A program made the translations under genes and the position numbers. The notes beneath the pieces were generated by a model, which was not told the DNA's origin, did no database searches, and saw only the letters and a list, made by a program, of their open reading frames with translations. From positions 17,422,001 through 17,486,000 of the forward strand of contig NC_043014.1 of NCBI RefSeq assembly GCF_006345805.1: 64,000 nt of DNA, written 5' to 3'. Positions within the stretch are counted from its first letter, which is position 1, and each line of letters begins with the position of its first letter. This stretch comes from Octopus sinensis (lineage: Eukaryota). Shown one piece after another: positions 1 to 15,459 of the stretch.

Positions 1-89
1 TGTTACTGCCAAATTGAAAGATTCCGAGTCTTCTGAACAACGGCGACTCTGCAATACACAGTACGCTGCTGTTACTGCCAACTTGATAG

Positions 90-1700
90 ATTCCGAGTCT
101 GCTGAACAACGGCGAATCTGCAATACACAGTACGCTGCAGTTACTGCCAAATTGAAAGATTCAGAGTCTGCTAAACAACGGGGACTCTGCAATACACAGT
201 GCGCTGCTGTTACTGCCAATGGGAAAGATTCCGAATCTGCTGAACAACGGGGACTCTGCAATACACAGTACGCTGCTGTTACTGCCAATGGGAAAGATTC
301 CGAGTCTGCTGAACAACGGGGACTCTGCAATACACAGTACGCTGCTGTTACTGCCAATGGGAAAGATTCCGAGTCTGCTGAACAACGGGGACTCTACAAT
401 ATACAGTACGCTGCTGTTACTGCCAATGGCAAAGTTTCCGAGTCTGCTGAACAACGGGCATTCCACAATACACAGTACGCAACTGTAACTGCCAATGCGA
501 AAGAATCTGAGTTTGCTGAACAACGGGGACTCTGCAATACACAGTACGCTGCTGTTACTGCCAAAGCAAAAGATTCCGAGTCTGCTGAACAACGGGGACT
601 CTGCAATACACAGTACGCTGCTGTTACTGCCAATGGGAAAGATTCCGAGTCTGCTGAACAACGGGGACTCTGCAATACACAGTACGCTGCTGTTACTGCC
701 AATGCGAAAGATTCCGAGGCTGCTAAAAACAACGGGGACACTGCATTACACAGTACGCTGCTGTTACTGCCAATGGGAAAGATTCCGAGTCTGCTGAACA
801 ACGGAGACTCTGCAATAACCAGTACGCTGCTGTTACTGCCAATGGGAAAGATTCCGAGTCTGCTGAACAACGGGGACTCTGCAATACACAGTACGCTGCT
901 GTTACTGCCAACTTGAAAGATTCCGAGTCTGCTGAACAACGGGGACTCTGCAATACACAGTACGCTGCTGTTACTGACAATGGGAAAGATTCCGAGTCTG
1001 CTGAACAACGGGGACTCTACAATACACAGTACGCTGCTGTTACTGCCAACTTGAAAGATTCCGAGTCTGCTGAACAACGGGGACTCTGCAATACACAGTA
1101 CGCTGCTGTTACTGCCAAAGCAAAAGATTCCGAGTCTGCGAACAACGGGGACTCTGCAATACACAGTACGCTGCTGTTACTGCCAATGGGAAAGATTCCG
1201 AGTCTGCTGAAAAACGGGGACTCTACAATACACAGTACGCTGCTGTTACTGCCAATGGAAAGATTCCGAGTCTGCTGAACAACGGGGACTCTGCAATACA
1301 CAGTACGCTGCTGTTACTGCCAAAGCAAAAGATTCCGAGTTTGCTGAACAACGGGGACTCTACAATACACAGTACGCTGCTGTTACTGCCAAAGTGAAAG
1401 ATTCCGAGACTGCTGAACAACGAGCATTCCACAATACACAGTACGCAGCTGTTACTGCCAATGGGAAAGATTCCGAGTCTGCAGAACAACGGGGACTCTG
1501 CAATACACAGTACGCTGCTGTTACTGCCAAGATAAAGATTCCGAGTCTGCTGAACAACGGGGACTCTGCAATATACAGTACGCTGCTGTTACTGCCAATG
1601 GGAAAGATTCCGAGTCTGCTGAACAACGGGCATTCCACAATACACAGTACGCAGCTGTTACTGCCAAAGCAAAAGATTCCGAGTCTGCTGAACAACGGGG
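90..1700 (+). repeat. ~1.6-kb satellite block duplicated at ~10020-11630
   Basis: Offset ~9929: CTAAACAACG (171/10101), GAGGCTGCTAAAAAC (711/10640), CTGACAATGGG (971/10899), CGAGCATTCC monomer, GCAGAAC, AAAGAT junction. Confidence 0.85.
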
Positions 1701-4700
1701 ACTCTACAATACACAGTACGCAGCTGTTACTGCCAAAGCAAAAGATTCCGAGTCTGCTGAACAACGGGGACTCTGCAATACACAGAACGCTGCTGTTACT
1801 GCCAAAGAGAAAGATTCCGAGTCTGCTGAACAACGGGGACTCTGCAATACACAGTACGCAGCTGTTACTGCCAAAGCAAATGATTCCGAGTCTGCTGAAC
1901 AATGGGGACTCTGCAATACACAGTACGCTGCTGTTACTGCCAAAGCAAATGGTTCCGAGTCTGCTGAACAACGGGCATTCCACAATACACAGTACCCTGC
2001 TGTTACTGCCAATGGGAAAGATTCCGAGTCTGCTGAACAACGGGGACTCTGCAATACACAGTACGCTGCTGTTACTGCCAATGGGAAAGATTCCGAGTCT
2101 GCTGAACAACGGGGACTCTGCAATACACAGTACGCTGCTGTTACTGCCAATGGGAAAGATTCCGAGTCTGCTGAACAACGGGGACTCTGGAATACACAGT
2201 ACGCTGCTGTTACTGCCAACTTGAAAGATTCCGAGTCTGCTGAACAACGGGGACTCTGCAATACACAGTACGCTGCTGTTACTGACAATGGGAAAGATTA
2301 CGAGTCTGCTGAACAACGGGGACTCTACAATACACAGTACGCTGCTGTTACTGCCAACTTGAAAGATTCCGAGTCTGCTGAACAACGGGGACTCTGCAAT
2401 ACACAGTACGCTGCTGTTACTGCCAATGGGAAAGATTCCGAGTCTGCTGAACAACGGGGACTCTACAATACACAGTACGCTGCTGTTACTGCCAATGGGA
2501 AAGATTCCGAGTCTGCTGAACAACGGGGACTCTGCAATACACAGTACGCTGCTGTTACTGCCAAAGTGAAAGATTCCGTGTCTGCTGAACAACGGGGACT
2601 CTGCAATACACAGTACGCTGCTGTTACTGCCAAAGCAAAAGATTCCGAGTTTGCTGAACAACGGGGACTCTACAATACACAGTACGCTACTGTTACTGCC
2701 AACTTGAAAGATTCCGAGCCTGCTGAACAACGGGGACTCCACAATACACAGTACGCTGCTGTTCCTGCCAACTTGAAAGATTCCAAGTCTGCTGAACAAC
2801 GGGGACTCTACAATACACAGTACGCTGCTGTTACTGCCAACTTGAAAGATTCCGAGTCTGCTGAACAACGGGGGCTCTACAATACACAGTACGCTGCTGT
2901 TACTGCCAACTTGAGAGATTCCGAGTCTGCTGAACAACGGGGACTCTATAATACACAGTACGCTGCTGTTACTGCCAATTGGAAAGATTCCGAGTCTGCT
3001 GAATAAACGGGGACTCTACAATACACGGTACGCTGCTGTTACTGCCAATGGGAAAGATTCCGTGTCTGCAGAACAACGGGACTCTGCAATACACAGTACG
3101 CTGCTGTTACTGCCAATGGGAAAGATTCCGAGTCTGCTGAAGAACGGGGACTCTGGAATACACAGTACGCTGCTGTTACTGCCAAAGCGAAAGATTCCGA
3201 CTGTGCTGAACAACGGGGACTCTGCAATACACAGTACGCTGCTGTTACTGCCAATGCGAAACTTTCCGAGTCTGCTGAACAACGGGGACTCTGCAATACA
3301 CAGTACGCTGCTGTTACTGCCAAAGCGAAAGTTTCCGAGTCTGCTGAACAACGGGGACTCTCCAATACACAGTACGCTGCTGTTACTGCCAATGGGAAAG
3401 ATTCCGATTCTGCTGAACAACGGGGACTCTGCAATTCACAGTACGCTGCTGTTACTGCAAAAGTAAAATATTCCGAGTCTGCTGAACAACGGGGACTCTA
3501 CAATACACAGAACGCTGCTGTTACTGGCAATGGGAAAGATTCCGAGTCTGCTGAACAACGGGGACTCTGCAATACACAGTACGCTGCTGTTACTGCCAAT
3601 GGGAATGATTCCGAGTCTGCTGAACAACGGGGACTCTGCAATACACAGTACGCTGCTTTTACTCCCAAAGAGAAAGATTCCGAGACTGCTGAACAACGAG
3701 CATTCCACAATACACAGTACGCAGCTGTTACTGCCAAAGCAAAAGATTCCGAGTCTGCTGAACAACGGGGACTCTGCAATACACAGTACGCAGCTGTTAC
3801 CGCCAACTTGAAAGATTCCGAGTCTGCTGAACAATGGGGACTCTGCAATACACAGTACGCTGCTGTTACTGCCAAAGCAAATGGTTCCGAGTCTGCTGAA
3901 CAACGAACATTCCACAATACACAGTACGCTGCTGTTACTGCCAATGGGAAAGATTCCGAGTCTGCTGAACAACGGGGACTCTGCAATACACAGTACGCTG
4001 CTGTAACTGCCAATGGGAAAGATTCCGAGTCTGCTGAACAACGGGAGCTCTGCAATAAACAGTACGCTGATGTTACTGCCAATGGGAAAGATTCCGACTC
4101 TGCTGAACTACAGGGACTCTACAATACACAGTACGCTGCTGTTACTTCCAATGGGAAAGATTCCGAGTCTGCTGAACAACGGGGACTCTGCAATACACAG
4201 TACGCTGCTGTTACTGCCAAAGCGAAAGATTCCGAGGCTGCTAAAACAACGGGGACACTGCATTACACAGTACGCTGCTGTTACTGCCAATGCGAAAGAT
4301 TCAGAGTCTACTGAACAACGGGGACTCTGCAATACACAGTACGCTTCTGTTACTGCCAATGAGAAAGATTCCAAGTCTGCTGAACAACGGGGACTCTGCA
4401 ATACACAGTACGCTGCTGTAACTGCCAAAGTGAAAGATTCCTAGTCTGCTGAACAACTTGGACTCTGCAATACACAGTACGCTGCTGTTACTGCCAATAG
4501 GAAAGATTCCGAGTCTTCTGAACAACGGCGACTCTGCAATACACAGTACGCTGCTGTTACTGCCAACTTGAAAGATTCCGAGTCTGCTGAACAACGGCGA
4601 CTCTGCAATACACAGTACGCTGCTGTTACTGCCAAACTGAAAGATTCCGAATCTGCTGAACAACGGCGACTCTGCAATACACAGTACGCTGCTGTTACTG

Positions 4701-7700
4701 CCAACTTGAAAGATTCCGAGTCTGCTGAACAACGGGGACTCTGCAATACACAGTACGCTGCGGTTACTGCCAAAGCAAAAGATTCCGAGTCTGCTGAACA
4801 ACAGGGACTCTACAATACACAGTACGCTACTGTTACTGCCAACTTGAAAGATTCCGAGTCTGCTGAACAACGGGGACTCTACAATACACAGTACGCTGCT
4901 GTTACTGCCAACTTGAAAGATTCCGAGTCTGCTGAACAACGGGGACTCTACAATACACGTACGCCGCTGTTACTGCCAACTTTAAAATTCCGAGTCTGCT
5001 GAACAACGGGGACTCTACAATACACAGTACGCTGCTGTTACTGCCAACTTGAAAGATTCCGAGTCTGCTGAACAACGGGGACTCTACAATACACAGTACG
5101 CTGCTGATACTGCCAAAGTAAAAGATTCCGAGGCTGCTTAACAACGGGGACTCTGCAATACACAGTACGCTGCTGTTACTCCCAAAGTGAAGTTTCCGAG
5201 TCTGCTGAACAACGGGGACTCTGCAATACACAGTACGCTGCTGTTACTGCCAAAGCAAAAGATTCCGAGTCTGCTGAACAACGGGGACTCTGCAATACAC
5301 AGTACGCTGCTTTACTGCCAAAGAGAAAGATTCCGAGAGTGCTGAACAACGAGCATTCCACAATACACAGTACGCAGCTGTTACTGCCAAAGCAAAAGAT
5401 TCCGAGTCTGCTGAACAACGGGGACTCTACAATACACAGTACGCAGCTGTTACTGCCAAAGCAAAAGATTCCGAGTCTGCTGAACAACGGGGACTCTACA
5501 ATACACAGTACGCAGCTGTTACTGCCAAAGCAAAAGATTCCGAGTCTGCTGAACAACGGGGACTCTGCAATACACAGAACGCTGCTGTTACTGCCAAAGA
5601 GAAAGATTCCGAGTCTGCTGAACAACGGGGAATCTGCAATACACAGTACGCAGCTGTTACCGCCAACTTAAAAGATTCCGAGTCTGTTGAACAATGGGGA
5701 CTCTGCAATACACAGTACGCTGCTGTTACTGCCAAAGCAAATGGTTCCGAGTCTGCTGAACAACGGGCATTCCACAATACACAGTACGCTGCTGTTACTG
5801 CCAATGGGAAAGATTCCGAGTCTGCTGAACAACGGGGACTCTGCAATACACAGTACGCTGCTGTTACTGCCAAAGCGAAAGATTCCGAGTCTGCTAAACA
5901 ACGGGGACTCTGCAATACACAGTACGCTGCTGTTACTGCCAATGGGAAAGATTCCGAGTCTGCTGAACAACGGGGACTCTGGAATACACAGTACGCTGCT
6001 GTTACTGCCAACTTGAAAGATTCCGAGTCTGCTGAACAACGGGGACTCTGCAATACACAGTACGCTGCTGTTACTGACAATGGGAAAGATTACGAGTCTG
6101 CTGAACAACGGGGACTCTACAATACACAGTACGCTGCTGTTACTGCCAACTTGAAAGATTCCGAGTCTGCTGAACAACGGGGACTCTGCAATACACAGTA
6201 CGCTGCTGTTACTGCCAATGGGAAAGATTCCGAGTCTGCTGAACAACGGGGACTCTACAATACACAGTACGCTGCTGTTACTGCCAATGGGAAAGATTCC
6301 GAGTCTGCTGAACAACGGGGACTCTGCAATACACAGTACGCTGCTGTTACTGCCAAAGTGAAAGATTCCGTGTCTGCTGAACAACGGGGACTCTGCAATA
6401 CACAGTACGCTGCTGTTACTGCCAAAGCAAAAGATTCCGAGTTTGCTGAACAACGGGGACTCTACAATACACAGTACGCTGCTGTTACTGCCAAAGTGAA
6501 AGATTCCGAGACTGCTGAACAACGAGCATTCCACAATACACAGTACGCAGCTGTTACTGCCAATGGGAAAGATTCCGAGTCTGCTGAACAACGGGGACTC
6601 TGCAATACACAGAACGCTGCTGTTACTGCCAAAGATAAAGATTCCGAGTCTGCTGAACAACGGGGACTCTGCAATACACAGTACGCAGCTGTTACCGCCA
6701 ACTTGAAAGATTCCGAGTCTGCTGAACAACGGGGACTCTGCAATACACAGTGCGCTGCTGTTACTGCCAATGGGAAAGATTCCGAATCTGCTGAACAACG
6801 GGGACTCTGCAATACACAGTACGCTGCTGTTACTGCCAATGGCAAAGATTCCGAGTCTGCTGAACAACGGGGACTCTGCAATACACAGTACGCTGCTGTT
6901 ACTGCCAATGGGAAAGATTCCGAGTCTGCTGAACAACGGGGACTCTACAATACACAGTACGCTGCTGTTACTGCCAATGGCAAAGTTTCCGAGTCTGCTG
7001 AACAACGGGCACTCACAATACACAGTACGCTGCTGTAACTGCCAATGCGAAAGATTCCGAGTTGCTGAACAACGGGGACTCTGCAATACACAGTACGCTG
7101 CTGTTACTGCCAAAGCAAAAGATTCCGAGTCTGCTGAACAACGGGGACTCTGCAATACACAGTACGCTGCTGTTACTGCCAATGGGAAAGATTCCGAGTC
7201 TGCTGAACAACGGGGACTCTGCAATACACAGTACGCTGCTGTTACTGCCAAATTGAAAGATTCCGAGGCTGCTAAAAACAACGGGGACACTGCATTACAC
7301 AGAACGCTGCTGTTACTGCCAATGGGAAAGATTCCGAGTCTGCTGAACAACGGGGACTCTGGAATACACAGTACGCTGCTGTTACTGCCAACTTGAAAGA
7401 TTCCGAGTCTGCTGAACAACGGGGACTCCGCAATACACAGTACGCTGCTGTTACTGCCAATGGGAAAGATTCCGAGTCTGCTGAACAACGGGGACTCTGC
7501 AATACACAGTACGCTGCTGTTACTGCCAAAGCGAAAGATTCCGAGTCTGCTGAACAACAGGGACTCTGCTATACACAGTACGCTGCTGTTACTGCCAATG
7601 GGAAAGATTCCGAGTCTGCTGAACAACGGGGTCTCTGCAATACACAGTACGCTGCTGTTACTGCCAACTTGAAAGATTCCGAGTCTGCTGAACAACGGGG

Positions 7701-10700
7701 ACTCTGCAATACACAGTACGCTGCTGTTACTGCCAATGGGAAAGATTCCGAGTCTGCTGAACAACGGGGACTCTACAATACACAGTACGCTGCTGTTACT
7801 GCCAAATTGAAAGATTCCGAGTCTGCTGAACATCGGGGACTCTGCAATACACAGTACGCTGCTGTTACTGCCAAAGCAAAAGGTTCCGAGTCTGCTGAAC
7901 AACGGGGACTCTGCAATACAAAGTACGCTGCTGTTACTGCCAAAACAAAAGATTCCGAGTCTGCTGAACAACGGGGACTCTACAATACACAGTACGCTGC
8001 TGTTACTGCCAATGGGAAAGATTCCGAGTCTGCTGAACAACGGGGACTCTGCAATACACAGTACGCTGCTGTTACTGCCAAAGAGAAAGATTCCGAGTCT
8101 GCTGAACAACGGGGACTCTGCAATACACAGTACGCTGCTGTTACTGCCAAAGAGAAAGATTCCGAGTCTGCTGAACAACGGGAACTCTGCAATATACAGT
8201 ACGCTGCTGTTACTGCCAATGGGAAAGTTTCCGAGTCTGCTGAACAACGGGCATTCCACAATACACAGTACGCTGCTGTTACTGCCAAAGCAAAGATTCC
8301 GAGTCTGCTGAACAACGGGGACTCTGCAATACACAGTACGCTGCTGTTACTGCCAATGGCAAAGATTCCGAGTCTGCTGAACAACGGGGACTCTGCAATA
8401 CACAGTACGCTGCTGTTACCTGCCAACTTGAAAGATTCCGAGTCTGCTGAACAACGGGGACTCTGCAATACACAGTGCGCTGCTGTTACTGCCAATGGGA
8501 AAGATTCCGAATCTGCTGAACAACGGGGACTCTGCAATACACAGTACGCTGCTGTTACTGCCAATGGGAAAGATTCCGAGGCTGCTGAACAACGAGGACT
8601 CTGCAATACACAGTACGCTGCTGTTACTGCCAAATTGAAAGATTCTGAGTCTGCTGAACAACGGCGACTCTGCAATACACAGTACGCTGCTGTTACTGCC
8701 AAAGCAAAAGATTCCGAGTCTGCTGAACAACGGCGACTCTGCAATACACAGTACGCTGCTTTACTGCCAAAGAGAAAGATTCCGAGTCTGCTGAACAACG
8801 GGGACTCACAATACACAGTACGCTGCTGTTACTGCCAAAGCAAAAGATTCCGAGTTTGCTGAACAACGGGGACTCTGCAATACACAGTACGCTGCTGTTA
8901 CTGCCAATGGGAAAGATTCCGAGTCTGCTGAACAACGGGGACTCTGCAATACACAGTACGCTGCTGTTACTGCCAAGCGAAAGATTCCGAGTCTGCTAAA
9001 ACAACGGGGACTCTGCAATACACAGTACGCTGCTGTTACTGCCAATGCGAAAGATTCCAGTCTACTGAACAACGGGGACTCTGCAATACACAGTACGCTG
9101 CTGTTACTGCCAATGAGAAAGATTCCGAGTCTGCTGAACAACGGGGACTCTGCAATACACAGTACGCTGCTGTTACTGCCAATGGGAAAGATTCCGAGTC
9201 TGCTGAACAACGGGGACTCTGCAATACACAGTACGCTGCTGTTACTGCCAATGGGAAAGATTCCGAGTCTGCTGAACAACGGGGACTCTACAATACACAG
9301 TACGCTGCTGTTACTGCCAATGGGAAAGATTCCGAGTCTGCTGAACAACGGGGACTCTACAATACACAGTACGCTGCTGTTACTGCCAATGGGAAAGATT
9401 CCGAGTCTGCTGAACAACGGGGACTCTGCAATACACAGTACGCTGCTGTTACTGCCAAAGTGAAAGATTCCGAGACTGCTGAACAACGAGCATTCCACAA
9501 TACACAGTACGCAGCTGTTACTGCCAAGTGGGAAAGATTCCGAGTCTGCTGAACAACGGGGACTCTGCAATACACAGTACGCTGCTGTTACTGCCAAAGA
9601 TAAAGATTCCGAGTCTGCTGAACAACGGGGACTCTGCAATACACAGTACGCTGCTGTTACTGCCAATGGGAAAGATTCCGAGTCTGCTGAACAACGGGCA
9701 TTCCACAATACACAGTACGCAGCTGTTACTGCCAAAGCAAAAGATTCCGAGTCTGCTGAACAACGGGGACACTGCAATACACAGTACGCTGCTGTTACTG
9801 CCAATGGCAAAGATTCCGAGTCTGCTGAACAACGGGGACTCTGCAATACACAGTACGCTGCTGTTACTGCCAACTTGAAAGATTCCGAGTCTGCTGAACA
9901 ACGGGGACTCTGCAATACACAGTACGCTGCTGTTACTGCCAATTGAAAGATTCCGAGTCTTCTGAACAACGGGGACTCTGCAATACACAGTACGCTGCTG
10001 TTACTGCCAAACTTGAAAGATTCCGAGTCTGCTGAACAACGGCGACTCTGCAATACACAGTACGCTGCTGTTACTGCCAAATTGAAAGATTCCGAGTCTG
10101 CTAAACAACGGGGACTCTGCAATACACAGTGCGCTGCTGTTACTGCCAATGGGAAAGATTCCGAATCTGCTGAACAACGGGGACTCTGCAATACACAGTA
10201 CGCTGCTGTTACTGCCAATGGGAAAGATTCCGAGTCTGCTGAACAACGGGGACTCTGCAATACACAGTACGCTGCTGTTACTGCCAATGGGAAAGATTCC
10301 GAGTCTGCTGAACAACGGGGACTCTACAATACACAGTACGCTGCTGTTACTGCCAATGGCAAAGATTCCGAGTCTGCTGAACAACGGGGACTCCACAATA
10401 CACAGTACGCTGCTGTTACTGCCAATGCGAAAGAATCCGAGTTGCTGAACAACGGGGACTCTGCAATACACAGTACGCTGCTGTTACTGCCAAAGCAAAA
10501 GATTCCGAGTCTGCTGAACAACGGGGACTCTGCAATACACAGTACGCTGCTGTTACTGCCAATGGGAAAGATTCCGAGTCTGCTGAACAACGGGGACTCT
10601 GCAATACACAGTACGCTGCTGTTACTGCCAATGCGAAAGATTCCGAGGCTGCTAAAAACAACGGGGACACTGCATACACAGTACGCTGCTGTTACTGCCA

Positions 10701-13700
10701 ATGGGAAAGATTCCGAGTCTGCTGAACAACGGGGACTCTGCAATACCAGTACGCTGCTGTTACTGCCAATGGGAAAGATTCCGAGTCTGCTGAACAACGG
10801 GGACTCTGCAATACACAGTACGCTGCTGTTACTGCCAACTTGAAAGATTCCGAGTCTGCTGAACAACGGGGACTCTGCAATACACAGTACGCTGCTGTTA
10901 CTGACAATGGGAAAGATTCCGAGTCTGCTGAACAACGGGGACTCTACAATACACAGTACGCTGCTGTTACTGCCAACTTGAAAGATTCCGAGTCTGCTGA
11001 ACAACGGGGACTCTGCAATACACAGTACGCTGCTGTTACTGCCAAAGCAAAAGATTCCGAGTCTGCCGAACAACGGGGACTCTGCAATACACAGTACGCT
11101 GCTGTTACTGCCAATGGGAAAGATTCCGAGTCTGCTGAAAAACGGGGACTCTACAATACACAGTACGCTGCTGTTACTGCCAATGGGAAAGATTCCGAGT
11201 CTGCTGAACAACGGGGACTCTGCAATACACAGTACGCTGCTGTTACTGCCAAAGCAAAAGATTCCGAGTTTGCTGAACAACGGGGACTCTACAATACACA
11301 GTACGCTGCTGTTACTGCCAAAGTGAAAGATTCCGAGACTGCTGAACAACGAGCATTCCACAATACACAGTACGCAGCTGTTACTGCCAATGGGAAAGAT
11401 TCCGAGTCTGCAGAACAACGGGGACTCTGCAATACACAGAACGCTGCTGTTACTGCCAAAGATAAAGATTCCGAGTCTGCTGAACAACGGGGACTCTGCA
11501 ATATACAGTACGCTGCTGTTACTGCCAATGGGAAAGTTTCCGAGTCTGCTGAACAACGGGCATTCCACAATACACAGTACGCAGCTGTTACTGCCAAAGC
11601 AAAAGATTCCGAGTCTGCTGAACAACGGGGACACTGCAATACACAGTAGGCTGCTGTTACTGCCAATGGCAAAGATTCCGAGTCTGCTGAACAACGGGGA
11701 CTCTGCAATACACAGTACGCAGCTGTTACCGCCAACTTGAAAGATTCCGAGTCTGCTGAACAACGGGGACTCTGCAATACACAGTGCGCTGCTGTTACTG
11801 CCAATGGGAAAGATTCCGAATCTGCTGAACAACGGGGACTCTGCAATACACAGTACGCTGCTGTTACTGCCAATGGGAAAGATTCCGAGTCTGCTGAACA
11901 ACGGGGACTCTGCAATACACAGTACACTGCTGTTACTGCCAATGGGAAAGATTCCGAGTCTGCTGAACAACGGGGACTCTACAATACACAGTACGCTGCT
12001 GTTACTGCCAATGGCAAAGTTTCCGAGTCTGCTGAACAACGGGGACCTGCAATACACAGTACGCTGCTGTTACTGCCAATGCGAAAGAATCCGAGTCTGC
12101 TGAACAACGGGGACTCTGCAATACACAGTACGCTGCTGTTACTGCCAAGCAAAAGATTCCGAGTCTGCTGAACAACGGGGACTCTGCAATACACAGTACG
12201 CTGCTGTTACTGCCAATGGGAAAGATTCCGAGTCTGCTGAACAACGGGGACTCTGCAATACACAGTACGCTGCTGTTACTGCCAAATTGAAAGATTCCGA
12301 GTCTACTGAACAACGGGGACTCTGCATACACAGTACGCTGCTGTTACTGCCAATGCGAAAGATTCAGAGTCTGCTGAACAACGGGGACTCCGCAATACAC
12401 AGTACGCTGCTGTTACTGCCAAATGAAAGATTCCGAGTTTGCTGAACAACGGCGACTCTACAATACACAGTACGCTGCTGTTACTGCCAAAGCAAAAGAT
12501 TCCGAGTCTGCTGAACAACGGGGACTCTGCAATACACAGTACGCTGCTGTTACTCCCAAAGAGAAAGATTCCGAGACTGCTGAACAACGGGGACTCCACA
12601 ATACACAGTACGCAGCTGTTACTGCCAAAGCAAAAGATTCCGAGTCTGCTGAACAACGGGGACTCTGCAATACACAGTACGCAGCTGTTACCGCCAACTT
12701 GAAAGATTCCGAGTCTGCTGAACAACGGGGACTCTGCAATACACAGTACGCTGCTGTTACTGCCAATGGGAAAGATTCCGAGTCTGCTGAACAACGGGGA
12801 CTCTGCAATACACAGTACGCTGCTGTTACTGCCAATGGCAAAGTTTCCGAGTCTGCTGAACAACGGGCATTCCACAATACACAGTACGCTGCTGTAACTG
12901 CCAATGCGAAAGAATCCGAGTTTGCTGAACAACGGGGACTCTGCAATACACAGTACGCTGCTGTTACTGCCAAAGCAAAAGATTCCGAGTCTGCTGAACA
13001 ACGGGGATTCTGCAATACACAGTACGCTGCTGTTACTGCCAATGGGAAAGATTCCGAGTCTGCTGAACAACGGGGACTCTGCAATACACAGTACGCTGCT
13101 GTTACTGCCAAATTGAAAGATTCCGAGGCTACTAAAAACAACGGGGACACGGCATTACACAGTACGCTGCTGTTACTGCCAATGCGAAATATTCAGAGTC
13201 TACTGAACAACGGGGACTCCGCAATACACAGTACGCTGCTGTTACTGCCAAATTGAAAGATTCCGAGTTTCTGAACAACGGCGACTCTACAATACACAGT
13301 ACGCTGCTGTTACTGCCAAAGCAAAAGATTCCGAGTCTGCTGAACAACGGGGACTCTGCAATACACAGTACGCTGCTTTTACTCCCAAAGAGAAAGATTC
13401 CGAGACTGCTGAACAACGAGCATTCCACAATACACAGTACGCAGCTGTTACTGCCAAAGCAAAAGATTCCGAGTCTGCTGAACAACGGGGACTCTGCAAT
13501 ACACAGTACGCAGCTGTTACCGCCAACTTGAAAGATTCCGAGTCTGCTGAACAATGGGGACTCTGCAATACACAGTACGCTGCTGTTACTGCCAAAGCAA
13601 ATGGTTTCGAGTCTGCTGAACAACGAACATTCCACAATACACAGTACGCTGCTGTTACTGCCAATGGGAAAGATTCCGAGTCTGCTGAACAACGGGGACT

Positions 13701-15459
13701 CTGCAATACACAGTACGCTGCTGTTACTGCCAATGGGAAAGATTCCGAGTCTGCTGAACAACGGGGACTCTACAATACACAGTACGCTGCTGTTACTGCC
13801 AATGGGAAAGATTCCGAGTCTGCTGAACAACGGGAACTCTGCAATACACAGTACGCTGATGTTACTGCCAATGGGAAAGATTCCGACTCTGCTGAACTAC
13901 AGGGACTCTGCAATACACAGTACGCTGCTGTTACTGCCAATGGGAAAGATTCCGAGTCTGCTGAACAACGGGGACTCTGCAATACACAGTACGCTGCTGT
14001 TACTGCCAAAGCGAAAGATCCGAGCTGCTAAAAACAACGGGGACACTGCATTACACAGTACGCTGCTGTTACTGCCAATGCGAAAGATTCAGAGTCTACT
14101 GAACAACGGGGACTCTGCAATACACAGTACGCTGCTGTTACTGCCAATGAGAAAGATTCCGAGTCTGCTGAACAACGGGGACTCTGCAATACACAGTACG
14201 CTGCTGTAACAGCCAAAGTGAAATATTCCTAGTCTGCTGAACAACTTGGACTCTGCAATACACAGTACGCTGCTGTTACTGCCAAATTGAAAGATTCCGA
14301 GTCTTCTGAACAACGGCGACTCTGCAATACACAGTACGCTGCTGTTACTGCCAACTTGAAAGATTCCGAGTCTGCTGAACAACGGCGACTCTGCAATACA
14401 CAGTACGCTGCTGTTACTGCCAATTGAAAGATTCCGAATCTGCTGAACAACGGCGACTCTGCAATACACAGTACGCTGCTGTTACTGCCAACTTGAAAGA
14501 TTCCGAGTCTGCTGAACAACGGGGACTCTGCAATACACAGTACGCTGCGGTTACTGCCAAAGCAAAAGATTCCGAGTCTGCTGAACAACAGGGACTCTAC
14601 AATACACAGTACGCTACTGTTACTGCCAACTTGAAAGATTCCGAGTCTGCTGAACAACGGGGACTCTACAATACACAGTACGCTGCTGTTACTGCCAACT
14701 TGAAAGATTCCGAGTCTGCTGAACAACGGGGACTCTACAATACACAGTACGCCGCTGTTACTGCCAACTTGAAAATTCCGAGTCTGCTGAACAACGGGGA
14801 CTCTACAATACACAGTACGCTGCTGTTACTGCCAACTTGAAAGATTCCGTGTCTGCTGAACAACGGGGACTCTACAATACACAGTACGCTGCTGATATTG
14901 CCAAAGTAAAAGATTCCGAGTCTGCTGAACAACGGGGACTCTGCAATACACAGTACGCTGCTGTTACTGCCAAATTGAAAGATTCTGAGTCTGCTGAACA
15001 ACGGCGACTCTGCAATACACAGTACGCTGCTGTTACTACCAAAGCAAAAGATTCCGAGTCTGCTGAACAACGGGGACTCTGCAATACACAGTACGCTGCT
15101 TTTACTGCCAAAGAGAAATATTCCGAGACTGCTGAACAACGAGCATTCCACAATACACAGTACGCAGCTGTTACTGCCAAAGCAAAAGATTCCGAGTCTG
15201 CTGAACAACGGGGACTCTGCAATACACAGAACGCTGCTGTTACTGCCAAAGAGAAAGATTCCGAGTCTACTGAACAACGGGGACTCTGCAATACACAGTA
15301 CGCAGCTGTTACCGCCAACTTGAAAGATTCCGAGTCTGTTGAACAATGGGGACTCTGCAATACACAGTACACTGCTGTTACTGCCAATGGGAAAGATTCC
15401 GAGTCTGCTGAACAGCGGGGACTCTGCAATACACAGTACGCTGCTGTTACTGCCAAAGC

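Noticed and set aside
16-110. Hammerhead ribozyme, as known in some satellites (GAAA and CTGA motifs occur in each monomer)
   Set aside because: The core reads CUGAACA rather than CUGANGA (essential G8 missing), the putative cleavage triplet is CUG (H cannot be G), and no stem I can form. The minus strand lacks CTGA.
125-215. RAG/Transib recombination-signal heptamer (CACAGTA, occasionally CACAGTG)
   Set aside because: There is no ACAAAAACC-like nonamer at 12 or 23 nt spacing; CACAGTG is a sporadic point variant.
5668-8334. Long ORFs such as 888 aa (minus strand), 572 aa (22766-24484) and all other listed repeat ORFs as CDS
   Set aside because: They are translations of a 23-codon-period repeat open in several overlapping frames on both strands, switch frame at indels, often start at TTG/GTG, and show no unique domains or synonymous bias.
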